Assembly: GCA_053919585.1 (NCBI GenBank)
Contig: CM132794.1
Source of the DNA: Euprymna scolopes
Taxonomy: Eukaryota
Strand: one strand, 5' to 3'
DNA length: 64,000 bases
Position 1 is the first letter of the stretch; every line of letters begins with the position of its first letter. The notes beneath the pieces are model-generated. The model did no database searches. It saw only the letters and a list, made by a program, of their open reading frames with translations, and had not been told where the DNA came from. Position numbers and translations under genes: made by a program. Shown piece after piece: positions 42,085 through 54,130 of the stretch.

Positions 42085-42895
42085 TTCATTTTTTTTTTTT
42101 TTTTTTTTTACAAGGGCATTGTCACTTATCAAGACTTGAATGCCACTTAAGAATAATAAAGGTTAATGAGTGCACAGTGGTCATCGGGACAACAGCATTG
42201 TAATCATTAGTTATAGAAATTGAGTATAATTTAATTATTTAACGGGACGGCTTAGCAAGAACCATATTGTAGTCAGCAGGAAAGCAGATCAACAGAACAG
42301 AGTTCCACAGGCAAGTTCTAGCTTTGTTCATAGAATCTGCATTTAGATTTAGGCACAGATACAGAATAGGGGAAATTGTTGATAGTGATTGTAGTTAGAC
42401 CAGTGGGGTTGGAGGAGGGGGGGGGCAAAAATGGTAGGGGAGACCATACTTTGAAGCTGTTGAGCACTTGCCATGAAAATAACGATAGAACAGAGACAGG
42501 CTTACAATGTCTCTTCGGTAGGAAAGAGGCTGAAGGAAAGAGAAAAGGGCATTATCTACTAGGTTTTGAAGCTGGCCTTGAACTCTGTCAAGGCAAGATA
42601 GGATGTTACGAGCAGCTCCTACCCGGATATGGCAATTGTACTCTATCCTAGGATATACCTGGCTCTTATACAGATAGAGGATTGCATCAGCAATGAGATA
42701 CCTACTGGAGCGGTAGAATGATCCAACCATTTTTCTAGCAATCTTGGCAACAGATTTGATGTATGTGTTCCATTCTAGATCAGAAGTGGAGGTCAGTCCT
42801 AGAAGCTTTTCAAGACATGGTGCTTCCCCAAGACCATTCATTTCAGTTAGGGCCAGATAGAGGCGATGGAAAGAGAGAAGCTTGATTTTATTTAC
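42085..42895 (-). mobile_element. CR1/L2-group LINE 3' fragment, same family as 62027-64000
   Basis: WNTYIKSVAK...KMVGSFYRSSRYL.ADAILYLYKSQV is nearly identical to the ORF at 62170; poly(A) tail as a T-run at about 42090-42109. Confidence 0.9.
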
Positions 42896-43344
42896 ATAAA
42901 TTTTAAATTCAAATCTAGTATTCATATTTTCTGAAAATGTTTTATATAAAACAACTTATGACAATGTTTCTGCAGGTGTGTGAGATAACTCTATGGTGAC
43001 ATGGGCGACCACAAATATCAGAAAATACATTTATTGTGCTGATAGCATTACTGATAAAAACAAGCACAAAAGAGAAAACCTGATAATAGAGACCAACATA
43101 TACCAAGCACGTACTTACAAAATGCCAGGCATCTGTCCAGCTTTCAATCACATGCAGAAGATGTGAAAAAGATAATCAACACATGAATGTTTTCTTTACT
43201 TGTCTAACAGCTAATAAAGAAACAATCATGTATTTTATACGGTTGTGTTGTGTGTTATTTCCTTTTACCGATAACCTAACTATATAACAGGTGGTATTGG
43301 TTAAAATATTTACTTACAGCAACTATTCGAATAATACAAACAAT

Positions 43345-44325
43345 CATTGATGCCTCCGTTCAGTCTCAAGACTATGAATATCCACTGTAAGGATAGCTGA
43401 GCATGAAATTGTGAGGTAAGGGTTGCGCAATCTCAACCACACTTCTCCTGAATCGGTACTGCTTGAGTCCAGTGGCAAGGAGAAGTCCAAGACAACTGGA
43501 AACAATGCCAAGATAAGCAGAAAGCACATACAGCACCTGGAATTCCCAAATGGTCACCCATTTTAGTACTGGCCAGGCTCAATGTTGCTTTATAGTACTA
43601 TCGCTTCCCCGGGGAGAGTTACTTGGTTAATGAACGTCCTCGGAATGCAACCAGCTCTCCGGGGGGAATAAACGATATCCCAACGAGGACAAAGTTAGAA
43701 GTCTTACAAACGGTCCCGTGAAGATGGGCCAGTCATTAGGGTCTTTGTATCAAAAAGAAAATCATACCTGAGATGTTGGGTGAGGGTGTGTGGCGCCTTC
43801 ATTCTCTCAAGACGACACCTTTACCCTGGTGGCATTCTGGTTGGAATCTTCTTCCTTCGTCCTCTGGACCGCTTCGTTGTTTAATGGAGACATTTATAGC
43901 AAACACAAGAAAACACAACACAATTGTAATATATATGAAATATAATTAACTATTTTATTTTATATTATGTATACAATATATATTGCAATACTTTTACAAT
44001 TTACATATCCTACAATTGATTTTTCACTATTACTTACTACCCTTAACTAGTGTTGAGGGGAGAAGAGGTGCCCCCTCTCGTTTATGGAGAGACAGAAATA
44101 TGCGTGCTTACCCCATACTATCCGAACGAAAAGAGATCAATTAAAAGAAGGGAATTATAGGGTTGCATTTCTGTGTATCCCTCCGCCTACAGCCAAATTA
44201 CCACCTGGCTATGCAGGGGGAGGGTGCATAAGCAACTACCACAACCATGGCACTACGGTATAGTGCCACAGCTTAACTTTGGTGATCTAATGGGAACCAG
44301 TGTATCAACGTGAATATGCCGTATA
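43345..44325 (-). mobile_element. 5S rRNA-headed SINE split by a solo LTR
   Basis: 5S nt ~1-57 at 44325-44271 and the remainder at 43590-43528 (AGTACT..ATGGGTGACC...GGGAATTCCAGGTGCTGTA); the downstream sequence differs from the other 5S-headed copies. Confidence 0.8.
43591..44270. mobile_element. Solo LTR, 680 bp
   Basis: Termini TATAGTACTAT / ATAGTGCCACA (imperfect inverted, TG mutated to TA); TSD GCTT at 43587-43590 and 44271-44274; removal restores a continuous 5S sequence. Confidence 0.85.
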
Positions 44326-44559
44326 TACAAACAATACTGATATTAAAAAAAATGAAGAAAAATAATCAAATTTAACCATAATGTCCAGGTTTACATCAAA
44401 ACAAAAACTACCATCGTTGATTTTTGGCAGGTTAAAAGTTCAAATGAGTTTGAGGGAGTTGTGTAGCAAGATGTTTGTTCACATTACATTTAAATGTCTG
44501 CATGTTAGCACAGTCTAGTGAACATGAGAGGATTCCAAATGCAAGCACTCAGAGGAAAG

Positions 44560-45560
44560 TTATTTGAGTAGAAAGTTTTCCAACATCTGGATCTCTACAG
44601 TGAAGGGGTGGGATTTTGCTGTAAAGTCTGTTGTTTACAGTAAAGGGTTACAAATGAAGCAATTTCATCAAATCGCATTCTGTTGAATTACTTGTAAAAC
44701 AATCACAGGGATGGAACATTCAGGGTCTGGAGCTTGGTATATAGTGTGGGGCCTGTCTGGTTAGACCCTTCTTTACACCTTGTCTAGCAGTTAGGAACTA
44801 GTGGTTGGGGCACCAGCCCAGATGCGACAAGACAACAATATTCAATGCATGTGTGAATAATGGCTTTGTAGAGATATAGGATACAGGCAGGTATGAGAAG
44901 TCTTCTAGCTCAATAGAGGGAGCCTACCTTCTTTGCAGCAAACTTGGCAGCATCCATGTTTTTTATTCCAATTCACATTACCCGTGAATGTTAGGTTAAG
45001 TAGTTTGAATGTTAGACTCTCAGGAAATGTCATATCAGCCATAGTAATTGGTAGTTGCTAAGGTGTATGTGTTGAAATAGTCTTATTGTTTAGTATGGCC
45101 ATCTTCTTTTATGGCATATCAACCTTTTTATAGGTTATTTTGCTAAAAGTTTTTATGCTTCAAGTTCTTAATGTTTCCAAATATCTGTACTATCACATTT
45201 AAACTTAACATACAACCTTTTAACCATTGTTTCTGAATAACATTTATCAAGCCATTGCTTTACTTGAACAGTATTTTTCTCCATCAGAAAGCAGGGTCTT
45301 ATAAACATGTGAAATTTAGATTTTCAGAGATTAGTGGTTGGTGCACCAGCTCAGATGACTTTGTAGAGATATAGAATATTGGCAGGTGTGAAAAGTTTTC
45401 TAGCCCAATAGAGGAAGCCCAACTTATTTGCAGCAAACTTGGCAGCATCTTCTATGTTTTTTTATTCCAATTCATGTTACCTGTGAATGTTAAGTTAAGG
45501 AGTTTGAATGTTAGACTCTCAGGAAGGGTGCTGTCGGCCATGGCAATCGGTGATAGGAAA
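44560..45560 (-). mobile_element. Two overlapping-region CR1/L2 LINE fragments separated by a mariner fragment
   Basis: 44799-45055 and 45332-45556 are diverged copies of the same LINE segment; 45235-45320 resembles the mariner N-terminal region at 46430-46505. Confidence 0.65.
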
Positions 45561-45959
45561 AGTTTCTTACAAGTCTTAAAGGAAATGAGCTTTGTCTTCA
45601 TAGTATTGAGTGTGCCCATCTATTTTTGGCTACTACATGCATTTTATGTAGAACGATTTGTTGTTGGTTTCAAAGTGCATCTCCGTTTCCGATATTGATT
45701 TTTTATTGGAGCCAACTCTCTTTCACTGGATTCTTTTGAGGTCTGCAAACAGCCAGTAGCTGCTAAGGATTATATCTGGAGAATAGAGAGTGCAGAATCA
45801 ATTTGAATTGCAATTTGTGTAATTTGCCGTTGTTGTGATAGGCTTGTGACATGATGCATTTTCTTAGTGAAAAAGCACTTCTTCATTTGTGGTTGTTTTT
45901 TGGCTATTTCTTCCTTCAAACATACCAATAATGCTATATAATATTTGCTATTGATGCTT

Positions 45960-46645
45960 CTTTTTTTTTAAGGTAAGCAACAAACAAAATACCTTGCATA
46001 ACCCAAACTATGGAGACCTGCTGATGTTTGCATCTTTGGTTGCTTTAGATGGCTTTCACTTTCTGCTATCCACTTAACCGACTGATTTGCTTCTGAGTGA
46101 ACTGGTAGGCCCATGTTTCATCCACTGATGCATTCGAATCGTCAACATCTTGTTTTTCATCAACTGTGAACAAACGCAGCATCCACTTTGAACACAGCTT
46201 TCCCATTGGCATATGTTCATGCAAAATAGGCAATACACTTTCTTTTGACATATTCAACTTGGCGATTTTATGATTGCTTAAAACCAATTTGAACTTTTTA
46301 AAAAATATTTTCTAGGACAACCGCTGAATTTGAGTAACCTGCATATTCAGCATCATTTAGTCTATACAGCTGCATTTAAAGTTATACTAACTCTTTATTA
46401 TTTCCATTGGAGCATAGTGTGAATAATATTTATTAAGCCATTTCTTGGCTTCAGCAATACTTTTTTCCCATCAGAAATCAATGCTTTATGAAGACACGAA
46501 ATTCAGATAGCTTCATTGTTTTGAAAAGTTGCAACAGTAGTTTTATTTAAATAACTGTAATTTGTAAACTAATAATCCAATTGGGCTTAAATGTTGACAT
46601 GTGCCAGTTGAAGATTAGTACTTTATGAAAACCATATGATTTTTA
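45960..46645 (-). mobile_element. Mariner remnant (irritans/Himar-like)
   Basis: ILHEHMPMGKLCSKWMLRLFTVDEKQ (degenerate WVPR(E/L)L) and VDETW; internally deleted. Confidence 0.7.
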
Positions 46646-46780
46646 TTAGTGTCACCATGTATATGTGAGGGCCAAGAACCATTGAATGATATTTTATATA
46701 CATTAGTGGATTACATTTTTCTTAATTTTCTCCTGCCCCCACACTCACTTTTGAGTTTTCCTCTTTTTTCTTTCTCCTCT

Positions 46781-47024
46781 TTCCTTTTCATTTTTTCCTT
46801 TTCCTTTTCATTTTTTCCTTTTCATTTTTTCCTTTTCATTTTTTCCTTTTCATTTTTTCCTTTTCCTTTTCATTTTTTCCTTTTCATTTTTTCCTTTTCA
46901 TTTTTTTCCTTTTCATTTTTTCCTTTTCATTTTTTCCTTTTCATTTTTTCCTTTTCATTTTTTCGATTTTCTTTCTTTTTGATTTTCTTTCTTTTTGATT
47001 TTCTTTCTTTTCGATTTTCTTTCT
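46781..47024. repeat. Pyrimidine-rich tandem repeat (TTTTCATTTTTTCC)n
   Basis: Directly visible. Confidence 0.9.
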
Positions 47025-47574
47025 TCATATATAAATGCATAAAAAAAATCAGTGGTCATGTTTTTTTAGTAACCACCACCTTCTTCAATCCTTTCAGACA
47101 AGGGAGTGGACTCATTTTTGAAACTACAGAATTGTTTGAGTATGAAGTTGTGCTCTGAGTCTCCCTGATTTTATTCTGTTCAAATGACACCATAAATAGC
47201 TTTCAAAATCTTGTTTGCCAAAGAAAAATTTAATATGACTGATTTTTTTTTTTCCTAATTTGTGAGAGTGTTGACTTATAGAAAAGAATATACATTTCAG
47301 ATGACGAGGCTTTTTTTATCTTTGTTCTGAGGTGAGTTCACTTTCCGCCCTTTCTTTTGTTTCCAAATACGTTCTTCAAAACCAGAAAAAAATTCTCATA
47401 CATTTTGAATACTAATTCCGAAAAGAATCTGCGAACAAGATTTTTCTTTTGTTTCCTTTCAGCGTGTAAAGAAACAAGAATCTATTTTCACCTGCTTCCT
47501 CATAAGACAAACATTTTATTAAAAAAAAAAAAAGTCTTGACTAGTGTGCAATTATGAACTGGCAACCTTATCCC

Positions 47575-47770
47575 AAGTTAAGCAAGATCGAGTCAGTATT
47601 AGAATGGTGATCAGTTGGTCATACCAGATGCTGTATTGGGTGAGAAGAATGACAGCACCTCCCTGCAAGAACTAAAAAATGTAATGTCATCATCTCCCCT
47701 GACTGGGATATATATGTTACTGGGAACCAGTTGTAAATTTAATATTCCCTAGAAACTTCCTCTAAAGTGA
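47575..47770 (+). mobile_element. 5S-headed SINE, 5'-truncated and decayed
   Basis: AAGTTAAGCAA...AGTATTAGAATGGTGATC...ATACCAGATGCTGTA, followed by a body (ctgcaaga...gactgggatata...gaaacttcc) matching the reverse complement of 52925-53050 and 53520-53650. Confidence 0.65.
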
Positions 47771-48239
47771 ATTGGTTTACCTTACTTCAAATGTGTGTGC
47801 CATGGTTCTTAATCTTGTATCTAGATTTCTAGTATTAACAGTTACTGGGACACAGTCATATTTTCATCAGTTTACATACGTAATAAAAATAGCACACAGA
47901 TATGGACATTGTATACAAATGATTTGTTGAACATGCGTGTATCGTTAGGATCTTGTAACTGGTGTCTTTACATCTGAGCTAAATCGTTCATCATTCAACT
48001 TGTAAATCTTGGCTAAGACTGACTCGGACATCTCCTTATCTTCATAATTGTTCTCCTCTCTACCAGCCAGACTCTCCTGAATATATCTACTTTTCTTCTG
48101 GAAATAAGAAATTTGCATCAAACTCCACTGTGATAAAGGCTGTCTACCCTCTGAATTTCCTCTCGGGACTGAAAATACTCTGAGTGACATCCATATATCT
48201 ATCCAAGATGTTTCTAGACTTGTCAAGAACCTTGGTTCT

Positions 48240-48880
48240 AGCAAAGCAACTTGCCTTAACAACATTCCAATTATAGTGCTAAAAAAAAATGCAACCAGAA
48301 CTAGCTCCTATACTTACAAAGTTGTTAAAACACCTTAAGGAGGAATGCTTCCCAACACCTTCAAAAACCTCAAGTTTGCCCAGTGTTTAAAAATACAGGG
48401 GATCGGTTTCCTATGCATCATGAGTAAATTGCTTGAGTCTATGATAAATAGAAAAGTTGTCAACCACCTCAGCAAAAACAATCTATTTAGCGACAAGTAA
48501 TATGGTTTCCATTCTGAGGAATCAACAGCTGATTTCTATGTAATTTCTGTGTCTGCTCATTTATAGTCTCTATAATATAAGACTTTTCTGTGTTGCATAA
48601 AGACAATAATTTCCCTCACTCTTTATCTGTGCCTAAACCTAAACATAGATTCCATGAGCAAAGCTTCTTTCTTAGAACTGCACGCCTATGGAATTGTCTT
48701 CCGTTTTCCTGCTTTACAACTGACTACAATATAGTTGTCTTCAAGTCTAATGTAAACAAGTTTTTGATGAGCAGTTCCATATAAGTTAACAAATTTACCA
48801 AATTTCCATTACTAACGATTACTATATTGTCCAATTTCTACTGTACACTCTTTAACCTTTATCCTCGAGTGGCCTTACAA
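48240..48880 (+). mobile_element. CR1/L2-group LINE fragments (internal piece joined to a 3' end)
   Basis: 48605-48876 is nearly identical to the 3' end of the LINE at 62027 (NNFPHSLSVPKPK...FKSNVNKFLMS); 48240-48530 is an upstream RT-region piece. Confidence 0.85.
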
Positions 48881-49152
48881 TCCTTACAACGCAAGCAGTA
48901 ATTAGAATTGAAAGTAATAGATAGCAAACATATCGATTAAAACAATATAGCAAATGAGTATAATTTATAAAATTAAATTTAAAAAAAAAATAGTTTTAAT
49001 TGTCACAATTTAAATTCACTAAGAATTTCACTTCAAGACGCTATAATAAAATTGGTGTCATTCGTGTTTATACTTACAAAGAAAAAAAACTTATATGCTT
49101 ATAATCGACTTAAAATCTAAATAGTTCAAGTAAATTTATAACATGTAATAAA

Positions 49153-49597
49153 CTGGAAGGGGCACCTGGCTTTGCCCGATCGTAAAATGCTTAAATATGA
49201 TATTATAATTTGTCCAGATTTCGTACGTATTATTATAGTCATAATTTCAAAAGTAAAAACAAAAAAGTATTTGGGTGCACTCAGCTAGAATTGAAACCAA
49301 ATGTAAAATTGTAGCATTCGAAGCTGATAATGTTACCACTGTACCAACATGACACTTATATGAAGTGATTAAAATAAACTAAGATAAATGTACAAAATGT
49401 ATAATGATTTTTTTTCAATTTGAACCCCTTTTTGACCCCTTAAAAACTATTTTAACCAGCTAAAGACCAATAAAAGAACCGCCCATAAAAATATCCAATC
49501 TTTTGAGGCCCCTAGCACCACTCTGCGACTTTTAGTTTTGGAAGAGATAGTTTGAAAAGATGGAGACAGACAGACATATAGCCTTTTATATATTAGA
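49153..49597 (-). mobile_element. Non-autonomous Helitron-like element (family C)
   Basis: 5' TCTAATATATAAAAGG; 3' hairpin gggcaaagccagg; collinear with 21400-21790. Confidence 0.72.
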
Positions 49598-49654
49598 TTT
49601 CAAAGTAAAATTCAAATTAAAACATAAAATTGTCTGTATTTTTGAGATGAGGTG

Positions 49655-50062
49655 TTTTCATTGATTGAGATTGTCGGACTGACACCTCTGATAGAGAGAG
49701 AAAACCTTGAATAACAACATAGGTTTAACATTAACAAAAACCAACTAAGAATTGTGACATATGGCCGAGTGGTCCTAGATGTTGTATCAAAGTTTACAGT
49801 TACCCAAAGGTGCTGAGTTCAATCCTGAACGAAGGCAGTGAAAAAAGTAACATTCAAAACAGAGAATCAGCAACTATGTCCCAAAGCCTAGCTGGAGTCC
49901 GAACACAGTACCCCCGTAATAATAATAAAGGGTTGGGTTCGAGACTCCTAACAAACGGTTCCCCAGTTCGATACAAAACACCTGACGGAGGGCAAAACGG
50001 CCGAAACGTTGTGACAATAACAACCAAGATGAGGAAGTCAGTCCGACAATCTCAATCAATAA
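49655..50062 (+). mobile_element. tRNA-headed SINE-like element with hammerhead tail and inverted 5' tail copy
   Basis: 49660-49683 (ATTGATTGAGATTGTCGGACTGAC) is the exact reverse complement of 50037-50060; A-box TGGCCGAGTGG at 49762; B-box GAGTTCAATCC at 49815; tail CAC CTGA...CGGCC GAAAC GTT GTG at 49979-50013 with an internal deletion. Confidence 0.78.
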
Positions 50063-50688
50063 AACATAAAAATTCTAAAAATAGAATTATGAATAGATTC
50101 TTATAAAATATTGATAAATTTTCTTCTGAAAGACTTTATCAGTAAACTTATAAAAATAAAGAAATGTGTGTATCAGTATTAAGCATGTATATAAATAATA
50201 TGTGAAAATATAAAAATATGAAAGATGTGCATACACTAGCCTATAATAGGTGAAAATATATATTAAAAATTTTAATTTAAATAATATAAATGGGTGTGTA
50301 TTGAAAATATTTAACCGATAAATTTTTAAACTATTGGTCACATAACATTGAAATTAACAGGAAATAGTAATCATGCACAGTAATCAAGTTTATAATGAGT
50401 AAAACCTTTAGATGAATGAACCTGAACGAATATGTACAGAAATATGTCGGCAAGTTCAAATGCAAATTGTTCACTTCAATTTGCCAACATATTTCTGTTA
50501 CTTTTGCGCATTCGCAAATTCATTCTTAGCTTGAAGTAGTTTAAGTTTAAATCTTGCTTATCTATCTGTTGATAGCTCAAACGGTACGAAGTGTGACTGG
50601 AGTGCTAAATGTTTTGGTTTCAATTCTAACTGATGGCACCCATTTTTTTTCTTTTTTTTTTTTTTAACTTTTGTAATCAGTACTAATA

Positions 50689-50720
<32 letters not shown>

Positions 50721-51482
50721 ATAGAGAATCAATTCTGTAATAAATACGAAATCTGTATGAATAAAAATATTAAATTATAACTGGATTTTTTTAGATATAA
50801 AATAGAATTATTTTCTCTAAAAATGCTTTAAAATATTGAAACAAAATACTACAGATTTATAATTTAATTACAATAGATTTGTGTATGTATGGATATATTC
50901 ATAGATAAAAAAAAAAAAAAAAAAGGTCATGTGTGTATACATGTGTAAAAAGAAAAAAAAAATGTGATGGGGGCAAAACAAATTGCCTGATTTTGAGAAA
51001 TAAGTGGAAATTTCCAGAGTAATTTCCCTTGAAAAAAGTCAATATTTCGAATTCAAGTTAAAAAAAAACACAATTATTAAATTTAAATCCGTGAATGAGA
51101 TTTTGACACCCAGAATTTTCTCCAAACCTACCACCCCGTAAATTGGAAGTTCCACATTTACATGATTGCTAAGAAACAAAGCTGAGTAATTTATCTGCTG
51201 AGATAAACACATAAAAAAAAATGAATAAATAAATTACTAAAAAAAAATAAAAAAATTACTGAAAAAGAATGACAATGTGTGGTCACCATTTCTAGTGAGA
51301 ACAAATATGAATAGGTTGAAGAAAATTTGATATTTTTTACCATAAACTGGTCCTATCGGATTTGAAACCTATGGTACCCATGTTTTTCTGATTTTCTCTA
51401 ACATTTTAAAATAAATATTTCTATTAATTTTTCTTTATAATTGAGCACTTTGCTGGAGTTCTTTCCCCACAAACACCACACA

Positions 51483-51541
<59 letters not shown>

Positions 51542-51619
51542 AACATTGTTAATTCACATACTCATCTTAGCAGCAGGGGCAAAATAGTATAACAGTTAGG
51601 TCAAGTTTCAAACTAGGCT

Positions 51620-51870
51620 TGAGGTACCACACTGGTGAACTGTGTTCCAGCGAAACAGTATTGTATGTGGATGACTATGTACATATATAACGTGTGTATG
51701 CATGTATGGAATTTCGAATGGAACCCTATATTTAATCCAGTGTAGTAGATTGATCTCATGCCATCAGCCATGACTGAGTAGAAGTGTAAAGTCATTCATA
51801 ATTGTATTCTTAGTATTGATCATACTAAGGATTTAGCCTGTAACTTCCGTTCATGTAGAATTAGCAATTA
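51620..51870 (-). mobile_element. tRNA-headed SINE body (same family as 15790-15930 and 53890-54130)
   Basis: Shared core gaatggaac...tttaatcca...tgact..gtagaa...aattgtattcttagt...taac.tccgttcat. Confidence 0.6.
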
Positions 51871-52049
51871 TATCTGTTGTGTCATTATGTTTTTTTTTGT
51901 TTATTTTTTTTTTTTTATATTTCTTTGTTCCACTCGAAAGGAAATAACTCTGAACAAATTACTATTTTGCACTTATGACTGCAATCGTGGTCGAGTTACA
52001 CCAAATAAGGCTGTGTGTGTGTGTGGAAAGAGAGAGAGACTTTAGGATT

Positions 52050-52640
52050 TTTCACTTCTGTGTTTTCAGGTCTTTATACTCGCTGTAACTCATTTTATCC
52101 CAACGAACGAAAAATTAATTTAATTAAGACCCTTACACGTAGGGCTTTGAACAAATCATTATGGCTCTATCTGGATGTAAAGAACTTTATTACCTAAACC
52201 CTGTGTAACAATGGTTATCGTTTGGATATCGTAAAATCTACTAAAAAAAAAGTTTCCAATTTTAAAAGTACAGAAACTTCAGTAGATAAATGTCCTGTTT
52301 ACTTTCGCTTACCTTGGCTGGGTAACATTAGTGACGGATTTGCGCAACAAATTTCACTGACTGTTCAACAGTTTTATTTTCCGTCAAGTCTTTGTTTTTG
52401 TCCACAAGACCTACACTGTTTTTTATCCGAAAAGATGTCTTCCCATCATAGTAATTCTATTGTTTATTTATTTGTAGTTGTGGAATGTACTACATTGAGT
52501 GGACATCACAAACTTTGGATTCCTGTATCAAATAGCACGTCCCATCCTAGATTTGATACGCAAATTGTGCATCATCTCATGTGTTGCATAATACCTATGG
52601 TTCGGCTATTTGTGAACATTTAATAAATACATGTCTGCGT
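52050..52640 (+). mobile_element. Penelope-like element remnant (RT C-terminus, linker, GIY-YIG start)
   Basis: FSGLYTRCNSFYP..RKINLIKTLTRRAL, CPVYFRLPWLGNIS and SNSIVYLF are characteristic PLE motifs; frameshifted. Confidence 0.75.
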
Positions 52641-52904
52641 GTATAGTTTGATTACACAACTAGTGTAAAAAAATGAAATTAGTCTTTCTCTGCTCATTTT
52701 AGAAATATAGTCAAGTATTAGATAATATAATACTGTTAATTTTCATAAACCATTTCTCTCAACCAAAATATTGCCAAGGAATTGGTAATTGCATTTTATT
52801 AACAAACCTTTACTGTTTGGCTACATGTTTTTTCTTTAAAAATGTCCATTGAAAATCATTGTAATAAAATGTAAAAAAAAAAAATGGAAACGGCGGTAAC
52901 TCTA

Positions 52905-53167
52905 TGCGAGTTTAACCGGCTTCCTCCAAGGGAAGAAGTTCCATGGGAATATGAAATTCACAAATAGTCCCCAGTCCCATGTATATTCCCGTTAGAAGAA
53001 ATGACAATGTTAGGTTTTCGCAACTCTTGCAGAGAGGTGTCTAAATCCTCCTACATACAGCACCTGGAATTCCCAAATTGGTCACCCATCTGGCACTAAT
53101 CAGGCTCAACGTTGCTTAACTTCGATGATCTAATGAGAATCATTGTGTCCTCATGATTATGCCATAC
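52905..53167 (-). mobile_element. 5S rRNA-headed SINE (SINE3-type)
   Basis: Near full-length diverged 5S at 53167-53054, followed by a ~150-bp body shared with 53500-53650 and 47640-47770. Confidence 0.8.
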
Positions 53168-53499
53168 TTTCTTTAAAACGTAAAGGTGTCATATTATGTC
53201 TGTGCAGAGAGTTCTGTCTTTCCTTTCAAACCGAATTTGACCACATAAGAGTCAGGTTCAATCGGATCAAGTGATTAAGATAATCTGATGATAAAAATTA
53301 ATTCTACATGAAAGGATTATCCTTATCAGTTTCTAAGCCCTTCAAGATATTTCATGATGCAACAGGTTGGCTTTCTCAAACACGTGGGAAGCCAAACCAA
53401 CATTTAAGGCAGAAAAAATAACTTTATTGCAAAAATACTTCTTGCACTGTATTAACTAACTGATACTGCCCAACATTATAAAAATGCCAGTGGTATTTA

Positions 53500-53765
53500 C
53501 TTAAGTGGCTTGAATCGACTTCCTCTGAAGGAGGAGGTGTCAAGGGAATATTAAATTCACAAACAATCCCCAGTTTCATGTATATCCCAGTCAGAGGAGA
53601 GGACAATGTTAGGTTTTGCAGTTTTTGCAGGTAGATGTTGACGCCCTTCTCCATACACTGCCTAATACTCCGAAGCGTTCACCCATTTTAGTACTGACCA
53701 GGCTCAACGTTGCTTAACTTCAATGATCTAACGAGAACCAGTGTGTCAACGTGTTTATACTGTAT
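53500..53765 (-). mobile_element. 5S rRNA-headed SINE (SINE3-type)
   Basis: ACGTTGACACACTGGTTCTCGTTAGATCATTGAAGTTAAGCAACGTTGAGCCTGGTCAGTACT on the minus strand, plus the shared body. Confidence 0.8.
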
Positions 53766-53889
53766 ATGTCTGGCAGTAGCTTTATTTGTAATTTGTTTTT
53801 TTTTTTGTGTTTTTTTTTTTAACTATGCTGGTGCTGTATTATTTCTAATTTGTTTTTCTGTTTTTTTTTGTTTTTTTAACTGTGCTGGG

Positions 53890-54130
53890 GTTTTATTTCG
53901 TCTACTGTTCTCATTTCGCATGATATTCTTGCAATGCTAGTGTAACCTCGGATATTCAGATGTATCTTGTTGGACTCTGGAATCTGTACAGAATTTTGAA
54001 TGGAACTCTTTATTTAATCCACAGGGGTAGCTTGCTCTCATTCTATGAACAGTGACTAGGTAGAATTCTTAGTAATCCATAATTATATTCTTAGTGAGTA
54101 TTAAACCTTTAACCTCCGTTCATTTAGAAT
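53890..54130 (-). mobile_element. tRNA-headed SINE with decayed hammerhead tail
   Basis: Minus strand: head remnant, body as at 15820-15927, then tacagattccagagtccaacaagatacatctgaa...gaggttacac...atgagaacagtag. Confidence 0.6.

Noticed and set aside
53054-53167. Functional 5S rRNA genes
   Set aside because: All four copies are diverged from one another, dispersed, lack an immediate T-run terminator, and three run into a shared body.
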